A DNA stretch of 59,715 nucleotides, the filler included, from Sphacelaria rigidula (lineage: Eukaryota), in NCBI GenBank assembly GCA_964200075.2. It is 9 parts of 9 records of this genome, joined end to end, with 100 filler letters (N's around TTAATTAATTAA, not from the genome) between each part and the next. Parts side by side here need not be neighbours in the genome. Positions count along the whole stretch, not along the records: positions 33,234 to 39,779 come from CAXNAA020019430.1; positions 39,880 to 46,425 come from CAXNAA020019431.1; positions 46,526 to 53,070 come from CAXNAA020019432.1; 6 more parts are not named here. The stretch is one strand, 5' to 3'. The notes beneath the pieces are model-generated. The model was not told the origin of the DNA, ran no database searches, and saw nothing but the letters and a program-made list of their open reading frames with translations. This document shows positions 35,939 to 47,738 of this stretch, piece after piece; within the stretch, counting starts at the first letter, position 1; each line of letters begins with the position of its first letter. The position numbers were made by a program, and so were the translations under genes.

Positions 35939-37465
35939 TTCACCGTCGTTAGGCTACGTTTTACAAGGGTTGACACAATTTTACAAGTATTGTTATCCCT
36001 AACCCTAACCCCAACGCAATGCTTATCGAGAACCCTCGGGCAAGGACGGAACATACATTCCCTAGGCAAAGTGCGGCCTTGGTAGACCCCAAATCGGCGC
36101 CTGTGGCGCCGATTTCAACGAAAACGTGCTCTGTGCACGTGAGGAGCACACGGGATTGTCAGCCCCACTAAAATCCCGATTCTCGCCGTTCACCCTCAAA
36201 TCAAGTAATATCAACCATTTTAAAACGTAGCCCAACGCCGGTAAACTTTACTGAAATTAATTGTCAGTAGATGCGCCTAAAATAGGGTTCACGATCCCGA
36301 GAAGAAAGAGTGTCCAGGCTACATGCGCCAGTTGATGACTCGCGTGTGATATCTCGCATTTTCATGTCGAGAAAAAACACAACACGCCGTGGGTCATAGT
36401 AGTTCGAGTTCATTATCGCATGAGACTGTTGACATCTTCGCAGACTGAAACGTAGGTCCCAATCGTTAAATTCCGGCTCGAATCCTTCCTCGGTCTGAGA
36501 TTCGAAATAATGCTAACGACCACCGTACACCTGCACCAACCAACTGGCGACAACATACCGTTTGTGTGTGCAACCACTTTTTTATAATATAGCCAAACGA
36601 CGGCTCAGAAAATAATCGGAACCAATGAAAATCCAATCTTTGTGGTCCGGAGCGCAATTGTTTCGCTATGGAAGGAAAAACCGACGACAGTGAGGGTTCG
36701 ATTCTTGGGAATGGTACCTGACCGGTAAGGTATCCTCTCATTGTACATAATAGTCGAAATTACTTCGTCATGACATGGGGATTTCACGATGCAACCTATC
36801 GAGTGGCTGTCGAAAAAGCATGCTTGATTTGTTTCAACAATTTGTACTGCAGTTCGAACTAGAGCACGTAGGGCATTCGTAATCAGGTGACATGAGCCTT
36901 TAATATACTATTGGGAGCATAGGCTGGGATGTCACTTCCGATTATCAAGGAGGCGGCCGATCGACGGATGCTAGTTAACCGTCGTTGGGCTACGTTTTAC
37001 AATGGTTGATACAATTTTACAAGAAACCCTACCCTTACCCTTACTCCTAACCCCAACCAGGCGCATACCGAGAACCCTCGGGCATGGGCGGGACATACAT
37101 TCCCTAGGCAAAGTGCGGCCTTAGTAGACCCCAAATCGGCGTCTGTGGCGCCGATTTCAACGAAAAACGCGTTCTGTGCACGCGAGGAGCACACGGGACT
37201 GTCAGCCCCACTAAAATCCCGATTCTCGTCGTTTACCCTCAAATCGAGTAATATCAACCGTTCTATAACTTAGCCCAACACCAGTAAACTCTACTGCTCG
37301 TTTTTGAATGGTTGATATTACTCGATTTGAGTGTGAACGACAATGTTCACTAGCCTCGTCTATACCACCGCTCCTGTTCCACCTCTCCTGTGCTTGGAGC
37401 GTGGAACGTCGGGATCCACTTTTTTTCGGCATGTAGCAGTACAACTCCACCTCTATCCCATCTGC

Positions 37466-37582
37466 GCGCCAGAATGTTGGAGGTGTCTCTATAAGGAATA
37501 AGAACGGTGCTCCGTCTCGAAAGGGATGCGTGGTCAATGGTCACACGACTAAGGCAAGCAACAAATGAGTATACCCCCCCTT
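37466..37582 (+). mobile_element. LINE 3' end with C tail
   Basis: RQNVGGVSIRNKNGAPSRKGCVVNGHTTKASNK* then gtatacccccccc. Confidence 0.8.
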
Positions 37583-38389
37583 CTCGATAGTGGGCTTGGC
37601 CTACACAAACCACCGACTGTGTGCACTTCGTCGTTGTCATGTAGCTTGTTGAATATAATGACACGTCGATCCAGTAGAGTTTACCGACGCTGAGCTACGT
37701 TTTAGAATGGCTGATACTATTTGATTTGAGGGTGAACGGCGAGAATCGGGATTTTAGTGGGGCTGACAGTCCTGTGTGCTCCTCACGTGCACAGAACGCG
37801 TTTTCGTTGAAATCGGCGCCACAGGCGCGATTTGGGGTCTACCAAGGCCGCAGGTTGCCTAGGAAATGTATGTTCCGCCCTTGCCCGAGGGTTCTCGGTA
37901 TGCGTTGCGTTGGGATTAGGGTTAGGAGTAGCGATGCTTGTAAAATTGTGTCAACCCTTCTAAAACGTAGCCTAACGACGGGTAACTGGCCTCTTATTAT
38001 GCTACACGTCAACGTGGCGTGCAACAGTTAGAAATGTGCATGTGACCGTCTTTCGAATAAATTGTTGACTCTCACTTCGATATGTTACTCTTAATCTCAC
38101 GACAACATTGTTGAATATTGAATATTGTCTGAGGTTAGAATTATTCGTAGCCCTTAATTTCGTCCGAAACACAACTTATTATGAAATATGTGAGAGTACG
38201 CCAGGATTGCTATTTCAGTGTGCTAGGCATATCCCGAATGAATTTGCAAAGAGGGATGCCCTGACCCATATCCTTATGCCTCTAGAATCGTGAGGAGCCC
38301 CTGAACCAGACAAGATTTTGCGTAAAAAGTACACCCCTACCGTAGCATTGATTGCTCGGCCCCAACTCTCAAACCTCGAGTGCACAATT

Positions 38390-39094
38390 TGAGGTGAGTC
38401 CAAGACGCATACGAAGTCCAGTATGAACATATTCTCAACGGGGTGGAAATACAGATAACTCGAGTAGCGCCTACATGAGATTCTAGCGGACCTTGTCATG
38501 GCGACGTCTTTGTCGCGAGAATTACGTATAGTAGCCAACATCTCGCAGTATGAGTTTTCGATTGAAAGCGATTATATTGCATATTTTCGGTAGACCAAGG
38601 TTCAAACGGGTACATTTTTATCCTAAACTTTGGGACGCGAGATATATGATGAGAACCTAGCACAAAATCCGATAAAGAAATGCTACGGGGCACTTCCGCG
38701 GCAATGCATGCCAAATGTCGCGGGCCTAATTGTGACCTACGTCAACAAAATAGCATAACCCGACTGGAAATTTGACGGAGACGTCGGGTCCAAGGTACCA
38801 TTTACGACTGTAACTCGCCCCTTTGACGGCGGCTGTGTCAGTACATTCAAGAGACCTCATCAAGAGTCGCACGACTGTATACAAAACATCATTATTAAGG
38901 CGTTGGTGATTTCCGATGTGGAGGTTTTGGCCCATGACTTCTTGAGATACAGAAAAGTAGCCGTTCCAGGGGGTGGCTTCCACCGTTTTGGCCTGTCGCA
39001 AAACGAACGGTGGTATGCTCCTGACTACCCGAGGGGGACATGGTGAGGTTGTCGGCGTGTTAACAACGTTCATGCCCGTGGAAGCGCCAAGCAA
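38390..39094 (-). pseudogene. Possible degenerate Ulp1/C48-like peptidase fragment (TE cargo)
   Basis: Weak motif echoes in different frames: RLNNDVLYTVVRLL, CWLLYVI, CVLDS. Confidence 0.2.
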
Positions 39095-39132
39095 TCCACC
39101 CGCACACGGTCAATACGTCAAATGACACCCAA

Positions 39133-39210
39133 GCTCCGTCTCGAAAATGGTGCGTGGTCAAGGGTCAAATGACGAAGATAAGCAACAAATGAGTACGCCC
39201 CCCGCCCTCC
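39133..39210 (+). mobile_element. LINE 3' end with C-rich tail
   Basis: gctccgtctcgaaaatggtgcgtggtcaagggtcaaatgacgaagataagcaacaaatgagtacgccccccgccc. Confidence 0.75.
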
Positions 39211-39779
39211 AGATGAGGGTGTTTGAGGAAAAGATATATGCATCTGATCGGCGGGGACGGCTATTTCTCTCTCCTGCGCCATCATTCACCCCTGACCCAA
39301 ATCTGACTTCACTATTGTTTACATACACAAGCTGTAGCGATCACTTTTCGGGTAAAAAACCTTCCCTGCAGACAGGTAGCAGGCAATTCTCTAAAATGAG
39401 GTTGCACAGTAAAAAATGAGGTTCAAGCCCAAAATAGCGTTGTCTCTACACTTTCAGTGATGGTGTCTGATAACAGCCTGGATTCGTTTTTGAGGTTCAA
39501 CATTTATTTGGGTGAGATTCAACGGACCATCGAGATTTTATTTGCTTTGTCCGATAGGCTCGGGATTCGCAACCGGTCTCTACCATGTAACCCTAACCCA
39601 AAAGTTGCTGCACGGCAGGGCAAGCATGATGATGAGCAGCCCAACAGAAAAACCGTCGTCATCGATTGTGCGGCATCTTTTTTTAGCAGGATCAGCGTCT
39701 AAGCGCTACGAACAGTGTTTTCGTGAGATTGAGAGTAGATGATACGATTGAGAGTGGCTTTGATCATTCGCTCTCAGTG

Positions 39780-39879
39780 NNNNNNNNNNNNNNNNNNNNN
39801 NNNNNNNNNNNNNNNNNNNNNNNTTAATTAATTAANNNNNNNNNNNNNNNNNNNNNNNNNNNNNNNNNNNNNNNNNNNN
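39780..39879. other. Artificial contig-joining linker
   Basis: N44-TTAATTAATTAA-N44. Confidence 0.98.
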
Positions 39880-40315
39880 AGCCTCCAATGAGTTGCTTTA
39901 TTTTCTGGTGTCGGCACTTCCAAAAACAGCCGCAGCTTACACACTGCCTCATGGGTGTTTCACCAGGGGAGAGGGAACTTCATCCCCGAAAAATGTAAGA
40001 GCAGATTTCTCAACCAGGTCAAGAAATAGTCATATTCAAGAATGATTACGAATTGCTTAAAACTCTAGCGCTGGACTTTTTTCTGCAAACTTGTTTATCG
40101 AAAAGTCGGGAAAATTTCCCCCAAAAGTGGAAGAAGTCTGGGGGGAAAAGTGTCATTGATAACGACCCCAACACCACATACGACCTGGTGGTGGTACCCG
40201 TTGGGAGCGTTTTGGTACGAAAACCAAGGCACCCGCCAAGGTACCCGAATGCGTCCCGGTTGCGCGAAAGAAAATGGTGGACATGTAGCTGGTACCAAGG
40301 GGGAGAACAAATATG

Positions 40316-40522
40316 CGAGGGCAGATCGAGTAGAGTGTACTCGATATTTTTTTGGGTATTTTGAAAAGCGGAGATCTGACCCAGGCCATGGCGCAGCAGC
40401 CCGCCAGCGCTGTTGTTTTTCTCTTGAAAACCCATGCAAGTCGTTGTGACTGACTCGGGCAGGTGATGTGCGACTTTTCAAAGTATCAAAATTTTGAGTG
40501 TAACCTACTCGACGTGCCCTTG
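40316..40522. mobile_element. hAT-type MITE with perfect 8-bp TSD
   Basis: caaatatg|cgagggcagatcgagtag...ctactcgacgtgcccttg|caaatatg; TIR shared with 23003-23383. Confidence 0.85.
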
Positions 40523-41546
40523 CAAATATGCCTGTTTCGTCTCCTAACTCGTCGCTGTTCGAAACTTCACGACTAAAACAAATATTGGGACGAAATATTT
40601 ACGATCATGTAAGGAATTTACACGATCCTCCGGAATCTTACGTATCATGGATTGTTCGCTCGCGGTGTGAACGTTAGGACGCCAACACTTCACAACAGCG
40701 CATCGACCATTCGAAAGGCATGACTCGTGGTCTTTCTATCTATTAATTTCTATTTTCGAGATGAACGTGTTGTCTTTATTCCGGAGATCCACTTGAATGA
40801 ACCTGACTCCTAGAGAAAAAAAAAAAACGCCACCAGCCATGCTCCTCGAGTGATCGATGTGGACCTCTCCTCAAATCCCATGTCGTGTTTTTCAAACATC
40901 GAGTGAGTATCGCCGAAGACCCTGTTTTGTTCCAAGTAGTGAGAACAGTCTGAAGCGCTCGAAAGTGATGAGGTATAGCGCACGAGCCTGCTTTTTCGTC
41001 ATGGCGCTTTTGCACGCTCAAAATGCTTCCCCATCACTAGATCTAGCGCAGCTATATACAACAGTGACTATATATATATATATATATATTCCTTGTACAT
41101 CTTTTTACAGGGTGCGGCGTGATCTCCAGGCCGACTCAAAGACTCCACGGTCTCACCGTTTCGTTATACAACACAGTAGCCCGGTCCTCCTGACCTGCAG
41201 TCAACATATCTGCTCCGAGCAAAGACATGAACAAACTTTGAATTTCAGAGGCCCGACTACATTTGGCGACATCATCAGCTGGATATACGTCACCCCCTCT
41301 TCCCCACCCACCCCTCCCTCCCAAACAAAATATATGAGCTCAAGCGAAAAATCGGGGCGATGTGCAATTCTCACTGTAATTACCACCCCAATCCGCAAAC
41401 CCTGCTTTTTATCCATGGCATGGCTCATGAAACGTTCCACATGTATTCAGCGTGACCAAATCTGGCAGCTGAAAAACAGGCAACCCTCACCCACAACATG
41501 GACTGCAGTAAAAGTGCTCAAGGGCAGAGCGAACTGACGAACAAAC

Positions 41547-41684
41547 CTGCTTTTTGTCGATGAAAAGCCTCATGAGGCGAATGAAACCGTCGACCGTTAT
41601 CCCGCCGGGGCTCTGCTCCGACGCGGGCACGACGAGGACCGGTTGAGAAATCTCCGGAGATACTCCCGCTGCCTTCGTCAGGAT
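41547..41684 (-). CDS. MIRO: Mitochondrial Rho GTPase Miro, exon after EF-hand 1
   Basis: acag|ILTKAAG...SPGGITVDGFIRLMRLFIDKKQ|gtttgt; cf. Miro GLTLTGFLFLHALFIEKGR. Confidence 0.85.
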
Positions 41685-42769
41685 CTGTGTGTTGCGCAAA
41701 GGCAAGACAACAAAGAGAGGAACATTTCCGATTGACTCTGGGGAACCGCAGTGTCATCTGTTGCTCAAAGGGGGAATCTTCGATTTTCAAAATGTCCCGC
41801 ACCGCAGTACATCATCATGACCAAAACTTTGTCCTGAGCACCGACCGCCTGACCGTGCCGATAAAAAAAAGTGGCGGCAGGTATATAGGGAGACATGGCT
41901 ACGGGTTCGGCTTGAGATGGAGCATACGGGATAGGTTGATTTAATTGATTGACTGGTTGTCGCACTTTAACTGATCCCCAGGGATCCAGCCGTGGTGACA
42001 CGATAGACGTATCCAAGACACTCGCTGGAGAAAAAGAGGGAACAGAAAAGAGACGAACAGAACGACATAGTAGACTCAGTGAAGAAAAAAAAAATCAGGA
42101 AAAGCAGAGCACAGAAAGAAATGGTCGGTCTGAAACAAAAAAGGACAAGAGAAGAAAAAAAAAAGGGGGGGGGGGGGGAGAAGGAAAAGGCCCAAGGGAT
42201 TTTAGGGCAGCAGAGTGGATATAGACACACACCAGTCGGCGAGGTGTACGTCATGAACATACGTAAACAATTCCACGTCTACTCTTGTCTGCCTTTTTTC
42301 GAGTCCGCCATATTCCAGGTGTAAACGGTAATCCTGAAACACATCAGTGTAGTACTTGGAGAGATACACACTCGTAACCTGAAACAACAGTAGAGTACGA
42401 AGAGCTCCTGTACGACGAGAAGCGCATACGTAAGTGAGTGCACATGGTCGTCCCAGACCATACAGAACGACAAAAAAATACAGATGATCAAGCCATACAA
42501 GCTATAAACCTCAAAAAAAAAAATGGCACCACACCGATTGCGAACTCAAATTATAATTCCCTCAGTGCGAACCTAAAATCGTACAATTTTCGATCCTGTT
42601 AGTATGAACGTGAAATCGTACAATTTTCTACCCTCGGACGTTCAAATTTTCGCCAAATAGAGAACGCTCCAACTTTAACGAATAACTTCAGCTCAAACAA
42701 ATAAGACCCAAATCAAAATCCGAAGCACTTTTGCGTCATTTCTCTTCATCGATCATGCTTTCCCCCCAC

Positions 42770-42931
42770 CCTTTTCAAGACCAGGATGTCCTCGGCGGAA
42801 AGATTGAGCCTGAAAGACTCGTACTGGAAAGAATTCAACTCGTCATCATCCAGCAGCCCGTCTCCGTCCCTGTCGTAGATGCGGAACAATCTCCGAATTG
42901 CCCGGTCGAACCGAGGGCGGAGCTGACCCAC
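42770..42931 (-). CDS. MIRO: Mitochondrial Rho GTPase Miro, EF-hand 1 exon
   Basis: ttag|VGQLRPRFDRAIRRLFRIYDRDGDGLLDDDELNSFQYESFRLNLSAEDILVLKR|gtgggg; canonical DxDxDG loop, cf. Miro ALKRIFxxCDxDxDGxLxDxELNxFQ. Confidence 0.9.
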
Positions 42932-43327
42932 CTAACGAAAACAGAGAAGAACGCGGGACACATTTAAAAACTATAAGCTGGTCGATGAATGAACCCGGTG
43001 GTAGTTGCACATGTCTTTGTTGCGCAGACATACGTGCCTTGCCTACCGTAGAGCACAATGGGCGACCGTTCTGACGCAGTGCATCACTCCCCTGCGCACC
43101 CTGAAAAACACCCCTGGGTGATGTTTTCGGCGTACTGGAGAATGTACACCTTTGAAATGCGTACAGAAGTATCATCGTAGTTCATTCGCACGCAAATTAC
43201 AGAAGAAAAGAGTCAAACGTGTATGTACTGGGTGGCGGTATACGGGACACAGCATTCCGCTCAGTACATCTCAACAAAGAGAGCAAGTACGTCCGATCAA
43301 GGTGGATGACAGGTATGTGACACATCC

Positions 43328-43463
43328 CATACCCTGGACAATAGAATACAGTTAGAAAGTGTACAGCGTACAGTATCGACTATTGCGCCTATTGCAACAG
43401 ACAAAATGTTCCATACTGTACGCAGTACATTTTTTTACAATAGAATCCACTGTCCAGGGTGTG
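43328..43463. mobile_element. CACACCCTGG-TIR MITE (Miro intron)
   Basis: cataccctgg...ccagggtgtg; highly similar to 44447-44584. Confidence 0.75.
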
Positions 43464-44446
43464 ACACATTCACAAGAGGGCCCATCTCATAAAAAAAAGA
43501 CCGAAGAGTATTTGTCTCCTGGGCAAACAGTGCAGACAGCAGCAAAACGTGCTTCATAAGAGTATAGAGTACGCACAAGTACCCTGCGCTCTGATCGGTC
43601 ACTCGGGCAACTTCTTGACTTCGCATCGCGAGGACACAGTCAAGAACGGCGTGCTGGCGGCAGGAGGGGAACGATTTCATGGGATCGAACATTTTGGAGT
43701 TTTTGCTCGATTGCCCGGATATTTTGATGTACGAGTTACAGGCACGAGGGCACACGAACAAGATATGCCTACCCTTACGGAGAGAACAAACTTCAAAGGG
43801 AAACATGATGCTGCGATGCTTGGGATTTCCTAGCTCTTAGCAAAGTACATATCTCGGATATGTCACGCGAGGTTCAAGGGGGGGGGGGGCACCAGGAACT
43901 TCGAAGAGGGGAGCAAGCCATCCACATTGGAGGACCCGTCCTACAGGGGTTTATTTCCTCGCGTTTTACGTGGGAGATGAACGCAAATCTTCGTTTCAAA
44001 ATTCAGTCATTGGCCACATTGCTCCCCAGCAAGGGAAAGAGAGGTAAAGAGAGGGGGAGAGGGGGAGGACGGTAAGAGAGACGTTCGATTGGCTGGTTTT
44101 CACATCTCCCCAAATTTCAGGTGATGACTCTCGAAAGTCGAGCAGCAAAATCCCAGTAGACACTGGCTAGCCTGTCGTTGACTGCGTTCGCATCCAAAAT
44201 TTTCTTTCCCAACATCCCAGCAGGACTTCCGTTGCGGGATAAACCATGGATGAACAAGCTCGGTATAGCTTGACGATGAAAACCTGAATGCCGTCTCTCT
44301 CGTTGCTGCTCCATTCCCAACAGAGCGTGGCTTCTCTCAACACCGGTACATTCGACGTTCTTGCCACAGAGCGCGTGCGCTCACACACACACACACACCA
44401 CCACACACTCAAACGAAAACCAGAAGGTCGGAGAATCTCAGCAATC

Positions 44447-44584
44447 CACACCCTGGACGATAGAATACTCCGTCAAGAAGTGTACTGCGTACAGTATCGA
44501 CTATTGCGCCTACTGCAACAGACAAAATATTTCATTCTGTACGCAGTACATTTTTTACAAGTAGAATATTTTGTCCGGGGTGTG
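44447..44584. mobile_element. CACACCCTGG-TIR MITE (Miro intron)
   Basis: cacaccctggac...gtccggggtgtg. Confidence 0.75.
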
Positions 44585-44719
44585 CAGTAATCACTGCAGC
44601 ACTTCGCTTGCAACACCTGCAAACAAAAAATATAATAATAATAGAAGACAATGAAGAGCGCACCGTAACCGCGCTGCTGGCACAACGGACGCTCGACACG
44701 ACAAAAAACATCATCCCAC

Positions 44720-44794
44720 CTTGGTGTCAAAGAGCGGTCCAATAGGGTACAGAGCCGCGTTCAACGCATGGTGGAACACCTGGTTCAAGCCGAT
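44720..44794 (-). CDS. MIRO: Mitochondrial Rho GTPase Miro, end of N-terminal GTPase domain
   Basis: gcag|IGLNQVFHHALNAALYPIGPLFDTK|gtggga; cf. Miro EVFYYAQKAVLHPTAPLFD. Confidence 0.88.
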
Positions 44795-44855
44795 CTGCCA
44801 ACACAACAGAAACCGGACAGAAGCGGACAAGAGGAACACGGATGAAAACGCCAGC

Positions 44856-44874
44856 GTGTGTGTGTGTGTGTGTG

Positions 44875-44907
<33 letters not shown>
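44856..44907. repeat. (GT)n microsatellite
   Basis: Directly visible. Confidence 0.95.
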
Positions 44908-44909
<2 letters not shown>

Positions 44910-45388
44910 ACTCTGCGTGCCTTTGCAAACGGCCACTTTCCACGAGCATTCGACAGCCTAGAGCGTAGAAAGGTAGGTAGGTACCGCGGGTCGGGGTGGA
45001 GGGGGGGGGAGTACTCATTTGATTTGATCGATGCGGTGCATGATCTTACCGCGGAGACTAGTAGCCCCCAACATGACGCTCCCAACAACGTTTTCTTACA
45101 CGAAACAAATGGCGGCACGCGCTTCGCTCCGAAATTACAACCGACGACGAAAAAAAAGTTGAGCGTTCGAAAATTCCCGCTACCGAAGTGCCAAACGAAC
45201 TCAAATCGCGCACGTCAACCATGGGTATAAGCTACCGATATGGAGTTCGGACCAAGCGGGTGCAGCGCAGTATGGGTTGAGGCCAGGGGACGAACGGGGC
45301 AGTACTTTTGAGCGATACTGTCAAGATCTGCGCACTCAGGGGTTCTGCAAGAATTTTGTGTGTACTTTAGATACCTTTACATCCATAC

Positions 45389-45454
45389 CTGATTGACGGA
45401 GCTGCATTCTAACGAAGTGTGGAAAAACTTGAATCGCTCCTTCAGCGGAGCCAT
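45389..45454 (-). CDS. MIRO: Mitochondrial Rho GTPase Miro, G5 (ECS) exon
   Basis: cccag|MAPLKERFKFFHTSLECSSVNQ|gtatgg; cf. Miro MxPIMxxFxEIETCIECSA; all four exons are phase 0. Confidence 0.85.
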
Positions 45455-45810
45455 CTGGGACGAAGGCACACATGAAGAGGAAAAAAAAAAAGAAGGGAAA
45501 GAGTCTGAAATCACCGCGAGGGCGTACTCGTTTTTTTCTTACCTTAGTCGTTCGACCATTGACCATTTCACCGGGAGGCAGGGGGCAAAGATCACTCACC
45601 ATGAAAACTAGATACAAAAAACATATCCGGGCCGACCAACCGACAGACTTCCCTCCGCTTGTCCACAACAATTGTAGCTGAATCAAATCAACACAAACTA
45701 ATCCCGACACTAACCCCTGGCCCTGACGGGCTATTCCCCCAATGACGCGGTCGCTCGCGCGCCAAATCAAGTCGCCGTTTCACTACAAAGATGAATAGGG
45801 CTCGGAACCA

Positions 45811-45834
45811 AACTCTAACCCTAACCCTAACCCT
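45811..45834. repeat. Interstitial telomere-like (CCCTAA)n
   Basis: aactctaaccctaaccctaaccct. Confidence 0.8.
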
Positions 45835-46347
45835 GGACGTCGGACCACACCAACCTTGCCCGACGCCGCACTGACAAGCCTCCCTACCTCACCGCATCCT
45901 GCCTCCGACTCCTTGACCGCGGGGCGCTCTTCGGTGTGTCTCTACCTTGGGAGCTCGTACGCCAAACCCAAGGTCATGGGCCGTTCGCATGAGCGCTAAA
46001 TGGACGGACGCGGACCACCGCGTCCCAGTCAACCGAGTATAGTCGGAATACGAGGGATTCACGAATTGTGCTGCCTCGAAAAGACTTGCCGCACTCTCTG
46101 AGAGGATTATACCGGAGTTTTCCGATCTTCCCATCTGCGAAGTTTGACTTTTGACCGGACAAGCGATTTCTCGATAAAACAAGAAACGTGTTTATGCTAG
46201 GATAGCCTCTATAGTACACGAGCCCTAGACTCCGGCCGGTCTAGAGCTTGATTTCGAGAGTTGAACCCCTTCCTTGAACGCCAGTTGATGAACATGTCAT
46301 TCTGACAGTCATTTTCTCAAATGAAAATGGTGCCGATTCAACAGATG

Positions 46348-46425
46348 GAGGGGCTGTACTCATGATCATGCATGCGATAGTCATAAGACCATTGACCTCG
46401 CATCCCTACAAAGCGGCGACCGAGG
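46348..46425 (-). mobile_element. LINE 3' end (variant subfamily as at 1-62)
   Basis: Reverse complement gggatgcgaggtcaatggtcttatgactatcgcatgcatgatcatgagtacagccc. Confidence 0.65.
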
Positions 46426-46525
46426 NNNNNNNNNNNNNNNNNNNNNNNNNNNNNNNNNNNNNNNNNNNNTTAATTAATTAANNNNNNNNNNNNNNNNNNN
46501 NNNNNNNNNNNNNNNNNNNNNNNNN
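46426..46525. other. Artificial contig-joining linker
   Basis: N44-TTAATTAATTAA-N44. Confidence 0.98.
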
Positions 46526-46725
46526 GTTAAGGGCAATAATCGGTTTTCAGGTATCACCAAAATGCCCTTAACTCATGAAAAAAAAAAAAACTCTTTTGGT
46601 ACTTCAGTAATTTTTTTTCTTATGCCCTATGCACTGTCCATACCAAATTTCAGGGCCCAACTCTAAATGTATAAAAGAGCATGGGCCTGCAAACTTCAAA
46701 TCCGCCTCTAGGCTGGCCCAGCTCG
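46526..46725. mobile_element. Right end of a Tc1/mariner-type element (10391-11598 family)
   Basis: tgtccataccaaatttca...taggctggcccagctcg|TA, colinear with 11400-11598. Confidence 0.8.
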
Positions 46726-47138
46726 TACCTTATCTGCCTCGAAAACCTGTGAGATCTCTGAAAAAGCCGTGTCGTCGGTAATCAAGGGCCGAACGGTGCC
46801 CCTTTGACGAGAAGAGCTACGGGATACCTGAATCAGCCATCATTGTGTCTGAATGAAGTTGTACCGTTTCTAGACGGCCCTCACACATTCTTGGGTCTAT
46901 TATGATCGTTCTGGACTATACGCCGTCGTGCCTTTCCTAGCCCGTACTCACCCACCCGCGTAGTATTTAATAGGTAAGTCTTGGGTAAGTTGCAGTATTT
47001 GCCGCTCAGAAACACAGCGATTAAACCTTTTTTTCTTCCCCAAGATACTTTGGAGTCTGCCTGCACCCTCGACAACGATCGTATACACCAATACAAAACA
47101 ACCCTTGACAACCTGGAAACACACAACTTCCCGGAATT

Positions 47139-47498
47139 GTCGACACGCGGCCATTTGGCTACCCCGAAAATTCCTCCAGAGCGGTCAATTGTCGAGCCTC
47201 CCGACGGTTTAAACGCCTCGAGAGGAATGAAACGCCTTTAGAGATGTAGTTTATGATCCCCTCCAGAGGGATTGAACGCCCCCGGAGGCTTGTTTTCGCC
47301 TCCGGAGGACCGCGCACCCCTCCGGCGGCATTTTGCTACCCCCAAATTCCTCCGGGGGGGTGCGCGGCCCTCTCCAGCGGTAGTTTTTGGTTTCCTCCAG
47401 AGGAATCAAAGGCCTCCCAAGGCTTGTTCTGCCTCTGGAGGGCCGCTCATCCCTTCGGAGGCATTTTCGGGGGTAGTCAAATGGCTGCGTGTGTCGAC
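47139..47498. mobile_element. MITE with ~40-bp TIR and cctcc/ggagg subterminal motifs
   Basis: gtcgacacgcggccatttggctaccccgaaaa / ttttcgggggtagtcaaatggctgcgtgtgtcgac. Confidence 0.7.
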
Positions 47499-47738
47499 GT
47501 TCAAGGCGGCGAAATAATTGGTGGAGCTGTTATTGTTTGTCGTCCGGGTGACCTAAATCACGGCCCTCTTCCTGACGAACCACTAGCGCGGTAGAAGGCC
47601 AGGAAGCGCGCTTATCCCATTTCAGCGGAAAGAAGCGATGGTTGACACATGCATACCTAACTTTCGTCTAATGATAAAGCTAACCCAGTCCCAAACCTGA
47701 AGCAGACCGTGAACGCTCGAGCATGGTAGGAGCAGAGA

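Larger units (their letters stand above)
35705..38112. mobile_element. 2.4-kb AAC...GTT element with ~440-bp TIR arms containing TTAGGG-like repeats
   Basis: 35705-36250 is the inverse of 37672-38112; TSD aaac/gaat vs single aaat in the empty site at ~55580; third arm copy at 36968-37335. Confidence 0.75.
35676..38357. mobile_element. Sola-like MITE (GAG termini, ggcc TSD) split by a 2.4-kb insertion
   Basis: ggcc|gagtgatgctacggtgaggttgcac ... gtacacccctaccgtagcattgattgctc|ggcc; uninterrupted relative at ~55558-55815. Confidence 0.65.
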
